From assembly GCF_001194135.2 (NCBI RefSeq), contig NC_068997.1, positions 35,707,673-35,745,364 on the forward strand: 37,692 nucleotides of DNA, read 5' to 3'. Made by a program: the position numbers and the translations under genes. This stretch comes from Octopus bimaculoides (lineage: Eukaryota). Positions within the stretch are counted from its first letter, which is position 1, and each line of letters starts with the position of its first letter. The notes under the pieces were generated by a model. It made no database searches and was not told the origin of the DNA. It saw only the letters and a program-made list of their open reading frames with translations. Shown here one piece after another: positions 1 to 10,915 of the stretch.

Positions 1-331
1 TAAGAGCTCTCTAAACTTTGCCCAGGCTATTCTTATTCTAGCAGCTACACTTTCAGCGCACCCACCCCCACTACTAACTTGGTCGCCCAGATAGCGGAAG
101 CTATCGACTACCTCTAGTTTTTCACCCTGGAATGAGATAGAAGTTGTTTCCTGTTTGTTTACAGTCTTTATTGCACCTGAACATCTGCCACAAACAAAAA
201 CTAACTTGCTAGTTAACCTGCCTTTGATGTTGCTGCACCTCTTATGTGTCCATAGCTTGCACCGGGTACATCTTATAGAGTTACTACCTACTCCTTTTCT
301 ACATACTGAGCAGGGCCATCTACCTGAAGGG
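1..331 (-). mobile_element. RTE-clade LINE fragment (PHD finger plus RT motif-7 region), truncated
   Basis: Collinear paralog of 1419-1735. Minus frame reads PSGRWPCSVCRKGVGSNSIRCTRCKLWTHKRCSNIKGRLTSKLVFVCGRC. Ends against a (CA)n tract. Confidence 0.85.
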
Positions 332-819
332 GTTTGTACATGTATACCTACACACACACATATGCATAACCACAATATACACATACACTACTGGCATAAT
401 GGTAAGAACTACGGGACAAGTAACATTAGTTTTGAAAAAAAATATAAATGGAAGTTTTAATTGCCCGATGGACAGGCAAACTGAAACTGCTACTTAATAA
501 AGGTGCAAAAATGCTTAGGGAAGTCTCACTTCTCTCAAAAATTGACACAAAGAGTTGAAACTTGGGGGTGAAATAACACAATGTGCAATAAAATAACATA
601 AGACATGTTCTTTGCAAATCAATTTTATCTCAAAAATTGAACAATACCGCTTATTTTTTAAAGCTGGATGAGAAACGTTAGGCAAGGTTCTAGATGTAAC
701 CCCACCAAACTTTTCACGTTTTATAAGCAATCAATTAGTCTTTTCTATTTTCAATTGAATTTTGTTGAGAATTTCAGAAAATTGAATAATCACCGGTTAT
801 TTATTTGCTTTCACCACCA

Positions 820-2047
820 CCACACGTAAAGTGCTGTCATCGAATTTGATTTCGATTTCAATTTCACTTGCCTCAACAGGTCTTTGCAAGCAGAGTTTAG
901 TGTCCAATGAAGTAAAGGTACGCATAAGTGGACTGGTTACACCCCTGGCATAGGCCATGGGTTATGGTCTCACTTGGCTTACCGGGTCTTCTCAAGCACA
1001 GCATAAAATCTCGGTCACTAGTCATTGCCTCGGTGAGGCCCAATGTTTGAAGGTCATGCTCCACCAACTCATCCTAGGTCTTCCTGGGTCTACCTCTTCT
1101 ACAGGTTCCCTCAACCACTAGGGTGGCACTTTTTCACACAGTTATCCTCATCCATTCTCACCACATGACCATACCAGTGCAGTATCTCTCTTGCACACCA
1201 CATCTGACGCTTCTTAGGTCCAACTTTTCTCTTAAGGCACTTACACTCTGTTGAGTATGCACACTGACATTACACATCCAGCGGAGCATACTGGTTCCAT
1301 TCCTTGCAAGCTTACACATTCATCAGCAGTCACGGTCCTGTAACATGGCTGTTCGTACACATGCATCATACAGTCTGCTTTTTACTCTGAGCGAGAGGCC
1401 CTTTGTCACCAGCAGAGGTAGGAGCTCTCTGAACTTATTCTAGTAGCTACACTTTCAGAGCACCCACCCCCGCTACTCACTTGGTTACCTAGGTAATGGA
1501 AGCTACCAACTACTTCTAGTTTTTCTCCCTGGAATGTGACAGAAGTTGTTCTCTCCACATTTTCAGTGTTTATTGTTCCTGAGCATTTGCCACATACAAA
1601 AACTAACTTGCTAGTTAGCCTTCCTTTGATATTGCTGCACCTCTTATATGTCCATAGCTTACACTGGGTACATCTTATAGAGTTTCTACCTACGCCTTTT
1701 CTACAGATCGAGCAGGGCCATCTACCTGAAGGAATTTGCGGTTTGTCTGCCTTCCTATTTATTAGGATTTTGGTTTTAAAGGCTCTTCGATTCTAATCCT
1801 TGCTTCCACACTTGAAACTTCTCTAGTTCTGATAGTGACTCAGCAATTAGAGCAAGGTCATCAGCATAGAAGAGCTCCCAGGAGCATTCTGTCTTGAATT
1901 CCTCTGTTATAGCCTGGAGGACTATGATAAATAGGACGGGGCTGAGGACTGAACCTTGGTGGACCTCTACCTCTATCTGGAATTCTTCACTGTACTCGTT
2001 GCCAGCCCTCACCTTACTGATGGCTTCCCTGTACATGGCTTGCTCTC
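820..2047 (-). mobile_element. RTE-clade LINE, 5'-truncated 3' portion (RT C-half plus 3' end), decayed
   Basis: ORF 1776-2036 has RT motifs HQGSVLSP and YADD. Further minus-strand reading gives EVVGSFHYLG and KFRELLPLLVTKGLSLRVK.RLYDACVRTAML, which are typical of RTE ORF2. Frameshifts and stops are present. Confidence 0.88.
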
Positions 2048-2549
2048 ACTTTTTTGCTCACTTAAAGTAACTGCCTTTTCCTAGTAGTTTTTCATATCAG
2101 CTGGTTTATTGCATGAAAAACAGCCGTAAGAACACATTTGACCACAAATGCATGTGGTTGATTACAGTTAATTAAAGTCACAGTGATACCAATTTTTTTA
2201 CCCGTTTACAAATGTGTGAAAATGCAGAAATGAATACAGTTGTTTGTGGTCTAATATTTAAATCAAAATGAGACTGTATTTACAAATAGCATGCTTTATT
2301 CATATATATCTGTCATTTAAATGTAAAAAACATAGAAATGAATTGTTTAGAACGTCGGTTAATGAACAGGATGGCGGAAGAAACAAGACAAAAAGTAATG
2401 TAAATTGGCAGGAAGGCAATCCAATAAAAATCAAAAATGGTTGGTTTCAAAGTAGGGCATTTTTTGGAAGAGTAACAGTAACTAGATGGGAAGAGAAAGT
2501 AATCACAGAAAGGACTAACCTTAAATGGCTTTCAACTCCATGGAAATAA

Positions 2550-5500
2550 CTATTGGAGGGCTGCCTTGTAAACCACATTCCTTGTCAACTCTCCGGGAGC
2601 GTAGTAAAATAGATTGGCTGAGTTTCCAACTCACGAACAGCCTACATACAGCTGCCAGTGTGAAAAACATGAAGTGCTGAGGTCCAGCCTAACCACTTTG
2701 AGTGACTGTACCTGGGCTTTGTTGATGTTCATAGTAAAGCTTAGACATATGGGAAACTGTACTCTTTTCATTGAGAATACACAGTCAGTCAGAATTAGAG
2801 GTATTCAGGAAATGAAAACTGTGTCACCAGCCCCTTGACCCGTTATGATTTTAGCCTCGATAACGTTATCCAACAATTGGGTTAAACCAACTGGGTGCTG
2901 TTGCAAAGCTGAGGAGGTTCCAAGTTTCTCAAGAGAACAATTGGACCTCCAAGTCTGAGGCAGAGTTTGTGAGGTAGCATTCCTGATAGTTCTTGGGAGT
3001 TTAAAAACTCTGTTGGGTAAACCATTAAGTGTGTTGGATCTGTTGTTGAATCGATGGATCCATAGATTCGCACCTGGGTTGGAAGTTGATGAAGAAGGCA
3101 CATGTTAAGAGCTTGGACAGTGGTGTTTGTTGGAGCTAACATGGCCCTTTCACACATCCATTGGTGACTGACATAGTTTGTTGAAAGGTTGGGGTAAACT
3201 GTTCTGCAAAGATCCTCATGGCTGGAGACATAGTTACAGATGGTACTTATGTCAGCCAAACCGTTTGCATTCATCGGTAAGTTCCCATTACCAACATCCA
3301 ATAACTTTGTAGCAAAGTCATCATCATCCTCTTGTTGGAGAAGAATCGAGCACATGTTGATGGTTAACTTTCTCATCTGGACAAAATGCTAAAGATGAGA
3401 ATGTTTGATGCATGCTTCTATTTCATCACCTTGATTGCCTTTTGGGATGATGGGTAGAGTTTGACAGAAGTCCCTAGCAAGAAGTAAAATGAAGCCACCA
3501 AATAGTTGAGAGCTGGAGCGCAGATCTTGTAGTGTTGCATTGATGGCATCAAATGCATTTTTGTAAGACACTGTCGCCTCGTCCCAGACTATCAATTTAC
3601 ATTTTTGAAAGATAACAGTCTCATCAGAATTCTTCCTTATGTTGGTTGAAGGATTTTCAACATGACCGATGTTAAGAGGAAGCTTAAATGTTGAATGGAC
3701 TGTTCTACAGCTAACAGCATGGCTGCTATTCTTGAAGACACCACTGCAATGGATATCTGCCCACGTTGGCAAACTTTGGCAAGAAGGAGGTTGAGTAGAA
3801 ATGTCTTTCCTGTGCCACCTGGTGCATCAAGGAAGAGGATGTCTTTAAGCATTGATGAAACAAAATTGTAGACATCAGCTTGTTCAGGATTCAACCAGTG
3901 TTCTTGTTCCTGAACATAGAACAGAAGACTCAAAGCATGTCTCCCTAAGTAAGTGGCGGTTACAAAGCCTCATTTTTTTCAGTTAGGGGACTTGACATAG
4001 TAGCTCTTCAAAGGATGTACATTTCTGGTGTAAACTGCAAGTTCATGTTTGAGGATCTGAAACAGGATTGCATAAGAATGTCAAGACACATGCTGTCACA
4101 ATATCTATCCCATAGAGATTGAGGATTTTGGAAACCACAAAACGGCATAACGGCAAAACCAGCATAATGGCAAAAAGCTTGCGAAGAGCTTTTGGTTACT
4201 TCAAAGTGGATGCCTTATGGAGGGCATGATCACATTGATCATCGTTGTCAAGAAGACCTACTTTGGAGCAGGTCTCTTTAAATGATGAACAAATATTGCC
4301 GTTGATGGTGCGAAGATCATCGTAGCAAGTCAGACCTGTGATAACGTGCAAAAGAAGATGGAGGTGAAAGCACTCTGATTTCAGTGAATGAACTAAGTAC
4401 ACTTTTGAGAGGATACCAGCTTCACGCATCGAAGGATCTCTTTGTGAAATGTGCCCTCACTTTCTACTTTGCCAACAGTGGGAAAAATAATTCCATGTGT
4501 AGAATGTAGACATGTCCACATAAAGAAGAGTTTTCGCAAAAGAGTCAGAACTGCAAAGGTTGAAAAATCCGGTAAATGTTGATTTTCAAGGTAGTCGTGT
4601 ACAGACATACATACTTTCCTTGTTAAAATATACCCGTTGACCATTCTCCAAATGAACGCTGAGGTGAATAACTGTAGGTTCACATTCGTGGATCAGAAAA
4701 CCAAATATGGGCCAAAATGCCTCATTGAAAGAGATGTGGTGTCCAGTTTTGTAAAACATGATTTCATCTGTGGTGACATCAGGTTTATCTGTCCTAGCCA
4801 ACTCATTAACTGCTCGATCCAATCCCTTATGAACATACTTGCAGATGTATTGGATTGATTTTACAGAGTTGCAGAATTCAACGTTTATGTGAGCTGAAAA
4901 CATTTTACAAAGCACCTTGTTATGTGGCACAACCCATCTGTTGTCGATATTGAAATCTTGACCATCAACCGATGATATAGTTGCCGTATGTCCACTCTCT
5001 TGCAGTGCCTTGCGACGGTATAAAGGGTAGCCATCATGGCCAGTCTTCATTTCATGTATAAGTTTTCGTGGGTAACGCTTTGTGCACCTCTCATTGTCCA
5101 TACCTGCAGAGTTACGATTAAGGTAGCCACACAGTCCATGCATCATGTTGGTTTTAATGATATCAAAAAGGACTGGGTCTTCTTGGGGATTTGGCAATTC
5201 AGCACTGATAACGGAATCAACATCAGTCGACATGAGCTTGATTTGAAGCCAAAAGAGAATATGGGCATGTGGAAGTCCTCTCTTCTGCCATCCAACGGTG
5301 TACATGAAACACCGTACTGGTCCAGAAAGTTGTCCATGCCTAATAACATCTATCATTTTCTTAAGCTTAAGGTGAAACACTCTCAATATGATATCATGCC
5401 TGCCTAAAGGATTTTGGCCAGGAAATAGGTGAGACTGGATATCTCTCCATTTAGGATTGCAAGTGAAAGTGATGAAAAGATCAAAACAGCCACAGTGGCA

Positions 5501-7127
5501 GGCATAGGTAAGAGCAACCTGCATATTTTCATGCATATAACAGGGGCCTCTAGTGCATGATGATGGGAGAATGACAGGAAGCCCAACATCCGAAGCCATA
5601 ACCTGATGATTTTGGTTGACTTCGTCGCGTAGATTGCCGTATTCTTCTGCACGCATTTCCTTTTGATGGTGTCTAATCCATTGGAGGCGTTCAGTGTCAA
5701 CCTGGAAAATGAAAAAAAACCTTGTGCTAAATAATCTGAGAACTGGCTTAGGAAATTACCATAACGAAATCATAAAAGAAGTAATAATTACTTTAGCAAA
5801 TATGTCTACACAGTATTGATTGAGGAGCATCTGTGCTCTTTGTAGAATGTTGATGATGTCTTTGCGAACCATAAGCCTTAATGCATAAAATTCCATTTGG
5901 GAAATAGTTTTCAATGGTTGAAGATTCATTAAAGTTACTGGATTACACTTTGGTAAGTCAATGTGGTAGCCATCGCTGCCAAAAGGGAAAAGTAATGGAT
6001 ATTGGAGGGTATCGTATGCAAGATTTAGTTCATTTATTCTTTGGAGTCACAAGTTCCGCCATTCAAAAACAATATCACGTTTTGAAGCACTCTCATGGGG
6101 ATCCGTTATAAGCACATCAACCTCGTCTGTTTGGGGTCTGTTAAAACAACCCTGATGCTGGCTTGGTGGAGCGCAGTCAGCTCGAATGATAACCTTGAAA
6201 TGATTGGTATTGGCATCTCTGCACTGGAAAGCAGTTTTGAAAACGGTGATGTAGGGGTTACAGTATGAAGCATATTTTGGAGGGGTTGTAGAAGAGATGC
6301 TATTGTTCCAGAAGCAACTGAGGCTCTTTGTGCAGTTTCTTCAGGGCCGTTTCCCATAAAGTAAATCTGAAGAAAACTGTGCTCATTGCCATCTTGTGGA
6401 ATAAGGAAGCCAATTTGATGGTAAATTTGGCCTTGTAATTTGAATGTGGGCATGTAATTTCCATCTCTTATTGGTTTATGTCCAAAACTGGTAATTTGGA
6501 AAGTGAAATTGTAGGCTCTTATATTGCGTAGAAAGTGTTTAGAACCTGGGCAGTCAAAGGTTTGGCACTGACTTTCAAATGAGGCAATCTAACCATCCCA
6601 TTGGAGCAGCAAATACCGGAAGATTCTGCTGGCCACCTCATTGCGTTACAATGGAAGCAAAAAGTTGACATGCTACCAATGATGATATGTGGGTGGGATG
6701 CATAGTCCTCTTGGGGACTGTAATGAAAAGCCTTGTTAGACCAGTAACACAAAGAAACCTTCAGAAAGACATGATGTATTTTCCGTTGAGAATCAGCTGC
6801 AAGCCTTGTTGCCCGTTGATCAGCAGTCACTAAAGCACGGCTATTTGACATGGAAGCAGCATCATGTGCATGCCAACGATCAACTTGTTTGGGTGTTTCT
6901 GAAGCTCTAGTCATCAATGTAGAGGCAGCAGTGCATGCACACCGACGGTCAGTTTGTTCAGGTGTTTCTGAAACTCTAGCCATTGACGTAGAAGCAGCAG
7001 CATATGCACGCTGACGGTTAGCTTGTTCAGCTGTCTTGCTTGCACGCAGTGAATGCACGGCTTGTTTTTTTTTACCAAGGTTACTCTTTCTTACTTGAGG
7101 CACCCTATCAAGAAATCTGAAATTCAA
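2550..7127 (-). mobile_element. Helitron RepHel pseudogene (N-terminal repeats and Zn-like motif, Rep/HUH nuclease, PIF1 helicase)
   Basis: Seen in sequence: CFHCNAMRWPAE..CCSNG; FKLQGQIYHQIG; DLFITFTCNPKW; WQKRGLPHAHIL (HUH); YICKYVHKG; LDAPGGTGKT (Walker A); IVWDEA; DFCQTLPII; ERAMLAPTN; LLRNL; QFPICLSFTMNINKAQ..QLYVGCS. Stop at 2550-2552. Many frameshifts and stops. Termini not identified. Confidence 0.93.
5702..5791 (-). other. 90-nt GT-AG intron in the Helitron RepHel gene
   Basis: Minus strand: GCTAAA|GTAATT ... TTTTTCATTTTCCAG|GTTGAC. Splicing joins QYCVDIFAK to VDTERLQWIRHHQKEMRAEEY in phase 0 and restores the conserved Helitron motif. Confidence 0.8.
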
Positions 7128-7299
7128 TAAAACCTAACCAAATGAAATCAAAAAATTACCTCAATGGTTTTTGCAAACTCTCAATATGGTATCTCAACAA
7201 AAACCCCAGAACATTTAAAAACAAATTTTGGCACGATATTGTCAGCACAAAAATAAAATGTAATTGTGAATGAGCAGTAACATTTAGAAGCATGTGTGG

Positions 7300-7700
7300 A
7301 CAAAAGGTATATTGAGAAAATCGATATTCTATCGACTATTGACAATGTGATCTTTTGATGAAAGAAGCATTTGTTATTTTACTTATTCATCAGTGCACTG
7401 TGAACTTGTCAAACGGACTACTAAAAGTTAAGGGTGTTTCAACACCATAAACTCAAAATGAAAGACTTGGAATGAAATATGTCAGCAATTTAGAAGCAGT
7501 AAAACTATTGTATAGAAGTGACTGAATTGTGATTTTAAAGAAACTGATCTAATAATGTTGATCAGTTCAACTTGTTTAATGAAGGAATGCAGATCATTGG
7601 TCGATTAATTTTATGTAGCTGTAAAACCTTATAGAGAATATATTACAAAGAATCTGACAATTCTGTCTAGTGTAGTTTGAATGAGAAACTGTAACTAAAG
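7300..7700 (+). mobile_element. Highly decayed CR1/L2-like LINE 3' ORF2 remnant
   Basis: Plus frame with stops reads ERLGMKYVSNLEAVKLLYRSD*IVILK, resembling the CR1 ERL..L.L.SLE.RR.R.DLI motif. Weak. Confidence 0.35.
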
Positions 7701-7929
7701 ATTATTAACCCCAAAACTTTACATGTTTTAATAGCAATCAATTTTTTTTCTTTCTTGCTTAATTAAAATTGTTGCCTTTTCCTCATAGTTTTTCATGTCA
7801 GCTGTAAAGGTGATTGTATGTGGTGGTTACTTTTGACTGTTTCTTCTCAATAAGGATAACTGATTGATAACGAATCTTAACACAATATATAAACTACTTC
7901 AAGTGGAATCGGACATCGTAATTACCCTT

Positions 7930-8370
7930 AAACTTTTTGCACTCAAGCATACCTCATGTTGACACCTATATGCCAAACTGAACACTGTTTTATCTCCAAA
8001 GAGAATATTGCAAGTGAAATTTAAACAATTAACAGTTCTTTGGCTTTTGTATTTGATGACTATCGCTTTAAGTATTTTATTTAGATTTTTCACTCACGTA
8101 GTGGTAAGAACAACAGGATACATAACAGTAGTTTCGAATAAAAATAAAAATGGAAGATTTAATCATTCAATAGACAGACAAACATTACAAAAATAGTGAT
8201 TCTCCCTTTGAAACTGACAATTTTGAAAATCTTTTTAGATTACAGAATGCCCTGCTCTCTCATGCATCCATGTTTAAAATTTCAGCGCAATCGGATGAAC
8301 AATACTCGAGTTATAAGTGCACAAAAAACAGACAGGACAGGATTTTCTAATTCCCTTAATCTATGGGTGT
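7930..8370 (-). mobile_element. Non-autonomous Helitron-like 5' remnant
   Basis: Contains AAATTTCAGCGCAATCGGATGAACAATACTCGAGTTATAAG..ACAGACAG, similar to 17490-17570 near the 5' end of the Helitron at 16718-17590. Termini not preserved. Confidence 0.35.
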
Positions 8371-8389
8371 TGTGGAATGCTATGACTTG

Positions 8390-8810
8390 TGCAAGGTTTC
8401 TAGAAGTGGATTAGGCAAATCTTACAGAGTGTCTATCAAACAATCTCCCATACCTGCTCGAGAGAGGGAAGTGCTTGTCTAAAGCTGCAAAAGATTTTCT
8501 TAAGATATTTGTATCTATTTGGACCCCAAATGAAGCATAAAACTATATAGTTTGTGTCTATTTCTTTTCCCTATTCATCTTGTGGTGCTCTATCTTTCGT
8601 TTAATCCTTCTTGCATTATTCAGTTTCTGTATATCATGATTTTTGTTGTCATTATACTTACTCTCCTGCCCATCTCGGTTATTAGCCCTAGTGTCTAATT
8701 CTGTCCTCCCCGTCTTATTTTGGGTATCCTTAAGGGGTCTTATTTCTTGTTTGTCTACAATTGGGTCAAGAGTCCCTTTCACTAGTCTATCTTGTCGTAT
8801 ATGTTTCATA
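8390..8810 (-). mobile_element. Penelope-like element remnant (RT C-terminal region preceded by a K/N/D-rich linker)
   Basis: Minus frame continuing ORF 8558-8809 reads KK*TQTI*FYASFGVQIDTNILRKSFAALDKHFPLSSRYGRLFDRHSV. This matches the Penelope RNIIWFNPPFS..TNIG..FL.LIDKHFP motif. Confidence 0.6.
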
Positions 8811-8967
8811 TTCTTGCTGTTTTTTGCTACATATTATGGGCATCCTGCCTTCTTGCAGTTCTACTGTTGGGTTATTTTTTGCATTTGATTTTTGCTTACA
8901 ACTATTCAACTTATCATCTGTTTTATATGTGTGTGTGTGTGTATGTAAGTATAAGTATGTGTGTATA

Positions 8968-10003
8968 CAGGGGTTGGACAAAATAATGGAAACACCTAGC
9001 ATCATAATTTTGAAATGTCTATAAAACCATCAAAAGCTTGTTTATTTTGATGTTTTTAATTTATTACTAGTGTTGCTTAATATGTTTTGCTAAAATTGCT
9101 GTTTCTTTTCAGATATCATCAGAAAAAGGTAATTAAAATTCATTAAAATGACAGATCTATCGGACTTTCAAGGAGGTCAAATTATTGGTGCTTGCATGGC
9201 AGGTGTTAGCGTAACGAAAACAGCTGGAATATTTGGTGTATCAACTGTCTCGAAAGTAATGACAGCCTTTGAGAAAGAGGGAAAAACCTCCTCAGCGAAA
9301 CAAAACTCGAGAAGACTAAAACTTTCAGATAGGGACTATCGGACTCTTACACAAACTGTTAGAAAGGATCACAAAAGTACAGCTCCCAAAATTACAGCAG
9401 AGCTTAATGACCACCTCAAGAACCCAGTTTCCACAAAAACTGTTTGCCGGGAGCTGCACAAAGCTGGATTTCAAAAGAGGGCTGCAATCAGAAAACCACT
9501 ACTTTCAAAAACAAATGTTGCAAAGCATTTGGAGTGGAGTTAAAATCTACAGAATTGGTACCTAGAGCAGTGGAAGAATGTTATTTCCTCAGACAAGTCA
9601 TCCTTTACCTTATATCTGATCAAATTCCTCCTATGTTTGTGCAACTGTTTCAGAGGGAAATACAATCTTTCAGGATGATGATGCACCAATTCACACAGCT
9701 AAAGTTGTTACTGAATGGCATGAGGAACATTCCAGTGAAGTTGAACATCTTATCTGGCCACCACAGTCCCCAGATCTTAATATTATTGAACATTTATGGT
9801 GCATTTTAGAAAAACAAGCATGGAGTCGATATCCTCCACCATCATCGCTACAAGAACTGGAGACTGTTTTAGTTGAAGAACGGGAAAAAATTCCTTTGGA
9901 AACAATTCAAACTTTGTACAAGTCCATACCTCATTGAATTCAAGCTGTAATTACCGAAATTTGTTTAAAATTTTAAGGTGTTTCCATTATTTTGTCCAAA
10001 CCT

Positions 10004-10005
<2 letters not shown>
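8968..10005 (+). mobile_element. Tc1-like DNA transposon (DD36E), internally deleted, decayed transposase
   Basis: 29-bp TIRs (CAGGGGTTGGACAAAATAATGGAAACACC / GGTGTTTCCATTATTTTGTCCAAACCTTG) with flanking TA. ORF 9148-9543 is the paired/HTH region. FQDDDAPIH and WPPQSPDLNIIEHLW are present. About 200 bp of the catalytic region is missing relative to the copy at 20226. Confidence 0.93.
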
Positions 10006-10055
<50 letters not shown>

Positions 10056-10092
10056 CGTGAGCATGTATACATGTGTGTGTGTGTGTGTGTGC
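10006..10092. repeat. (TA)n/(TG)n compound microsatellite
   Basis: Direct reading. It starts at the TA target site of the Tc1 element. Confidence 0.95.
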
Positions 10093-10262
10093 ATATGACT
10101 AATTCATATACTCTCTCTCATATCTATGTATGAGCAAAATTTGTGTGTTTTTTTATTTCTCTTTATTCCTTTTCTTATTTATCTATGTATTTGCTTATTG
10201 AACAACATAATGGGCAAACTATTTGAATTATCTACATGACATTATTACGATTTGATCTAGAA

Positions 10263-10773
10263 CAGGGGTCACTAAACTTTGTTCACAGCGGGCCAAATAA
10301 CTGAGAGTGTGATGAGCGCGGGCTGCATAACCATTTTGTTCAATACAATACAGTCAATACATAAAACATAAAGACAACTAACATATTTAATTACCCAAAA
10401 GTTATCAAAGAAGGCAACATCAGCAATAAGATAGTTATATGACACCCAGTGCGCACATATACGACTCTCACAAACTAAGCAGCAAAAAAGGTTACCAGGA
10501 TTTGTGCATCTGGTGTTTAGCTTTTAAGATATTAATATTTACTTTGGAATTGCTGCATCCAACCAAGAGAGTTGCTTTCAAATGTTCATCAGTCAACCTC
10601 GTTCAGTGTGCTGACTTCACATACTTAATTTCTGAAGATGTTTGCTCACAGACATAAATTGTTCTATGCCATACCAGAGGCAAATGAACTCTCATTGCAG
10701 GTACTTACACAAAAGGTAGTGCAGAAGTGGGCTGGATGAACTGACCTCGCAGGCTGTAGTTTGGTGATCCCTG
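10263..10773 (-). mobile_element. Non-autonomous hAT (Buster/Charlie-type) element, 511 bp
   Basis: TIRs CAGGGGTCACTAAACT / AGTTTGGTGATCCCTG. Perfect 8-bp TSD ATCTAGAA at 10255-10262 and 10774-10781. Internal minus-strand remnant CEQTSSEIKYVKSAH*TRLTDEHL of the hAT C-terminal dimerisation domain. Confidence 0.9.
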
Positions 10774-10915
10774 ATCTAGAATAATCCAGTGGGAAATATA
10801 TTTATCAACAGCTATATAATTTCACAGGTCTTTGACTTTGATACTGATAAGTGCCAACACACAAAACTGTTAGACCTTGAGTCACTCTGTGACTTCTGCT
10901 AAATATTAATAAATA

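Noticed and set aside
366-800. Possible Tc1-like left end (TACACTACTGGC..)
   Set aside because: No matching right TIR or transposase motif was found.
2482-2485. CTAG|T as the 3' end of the large Helitron
   Set aside because: No GC-rich subterminal hairpin precedes it.
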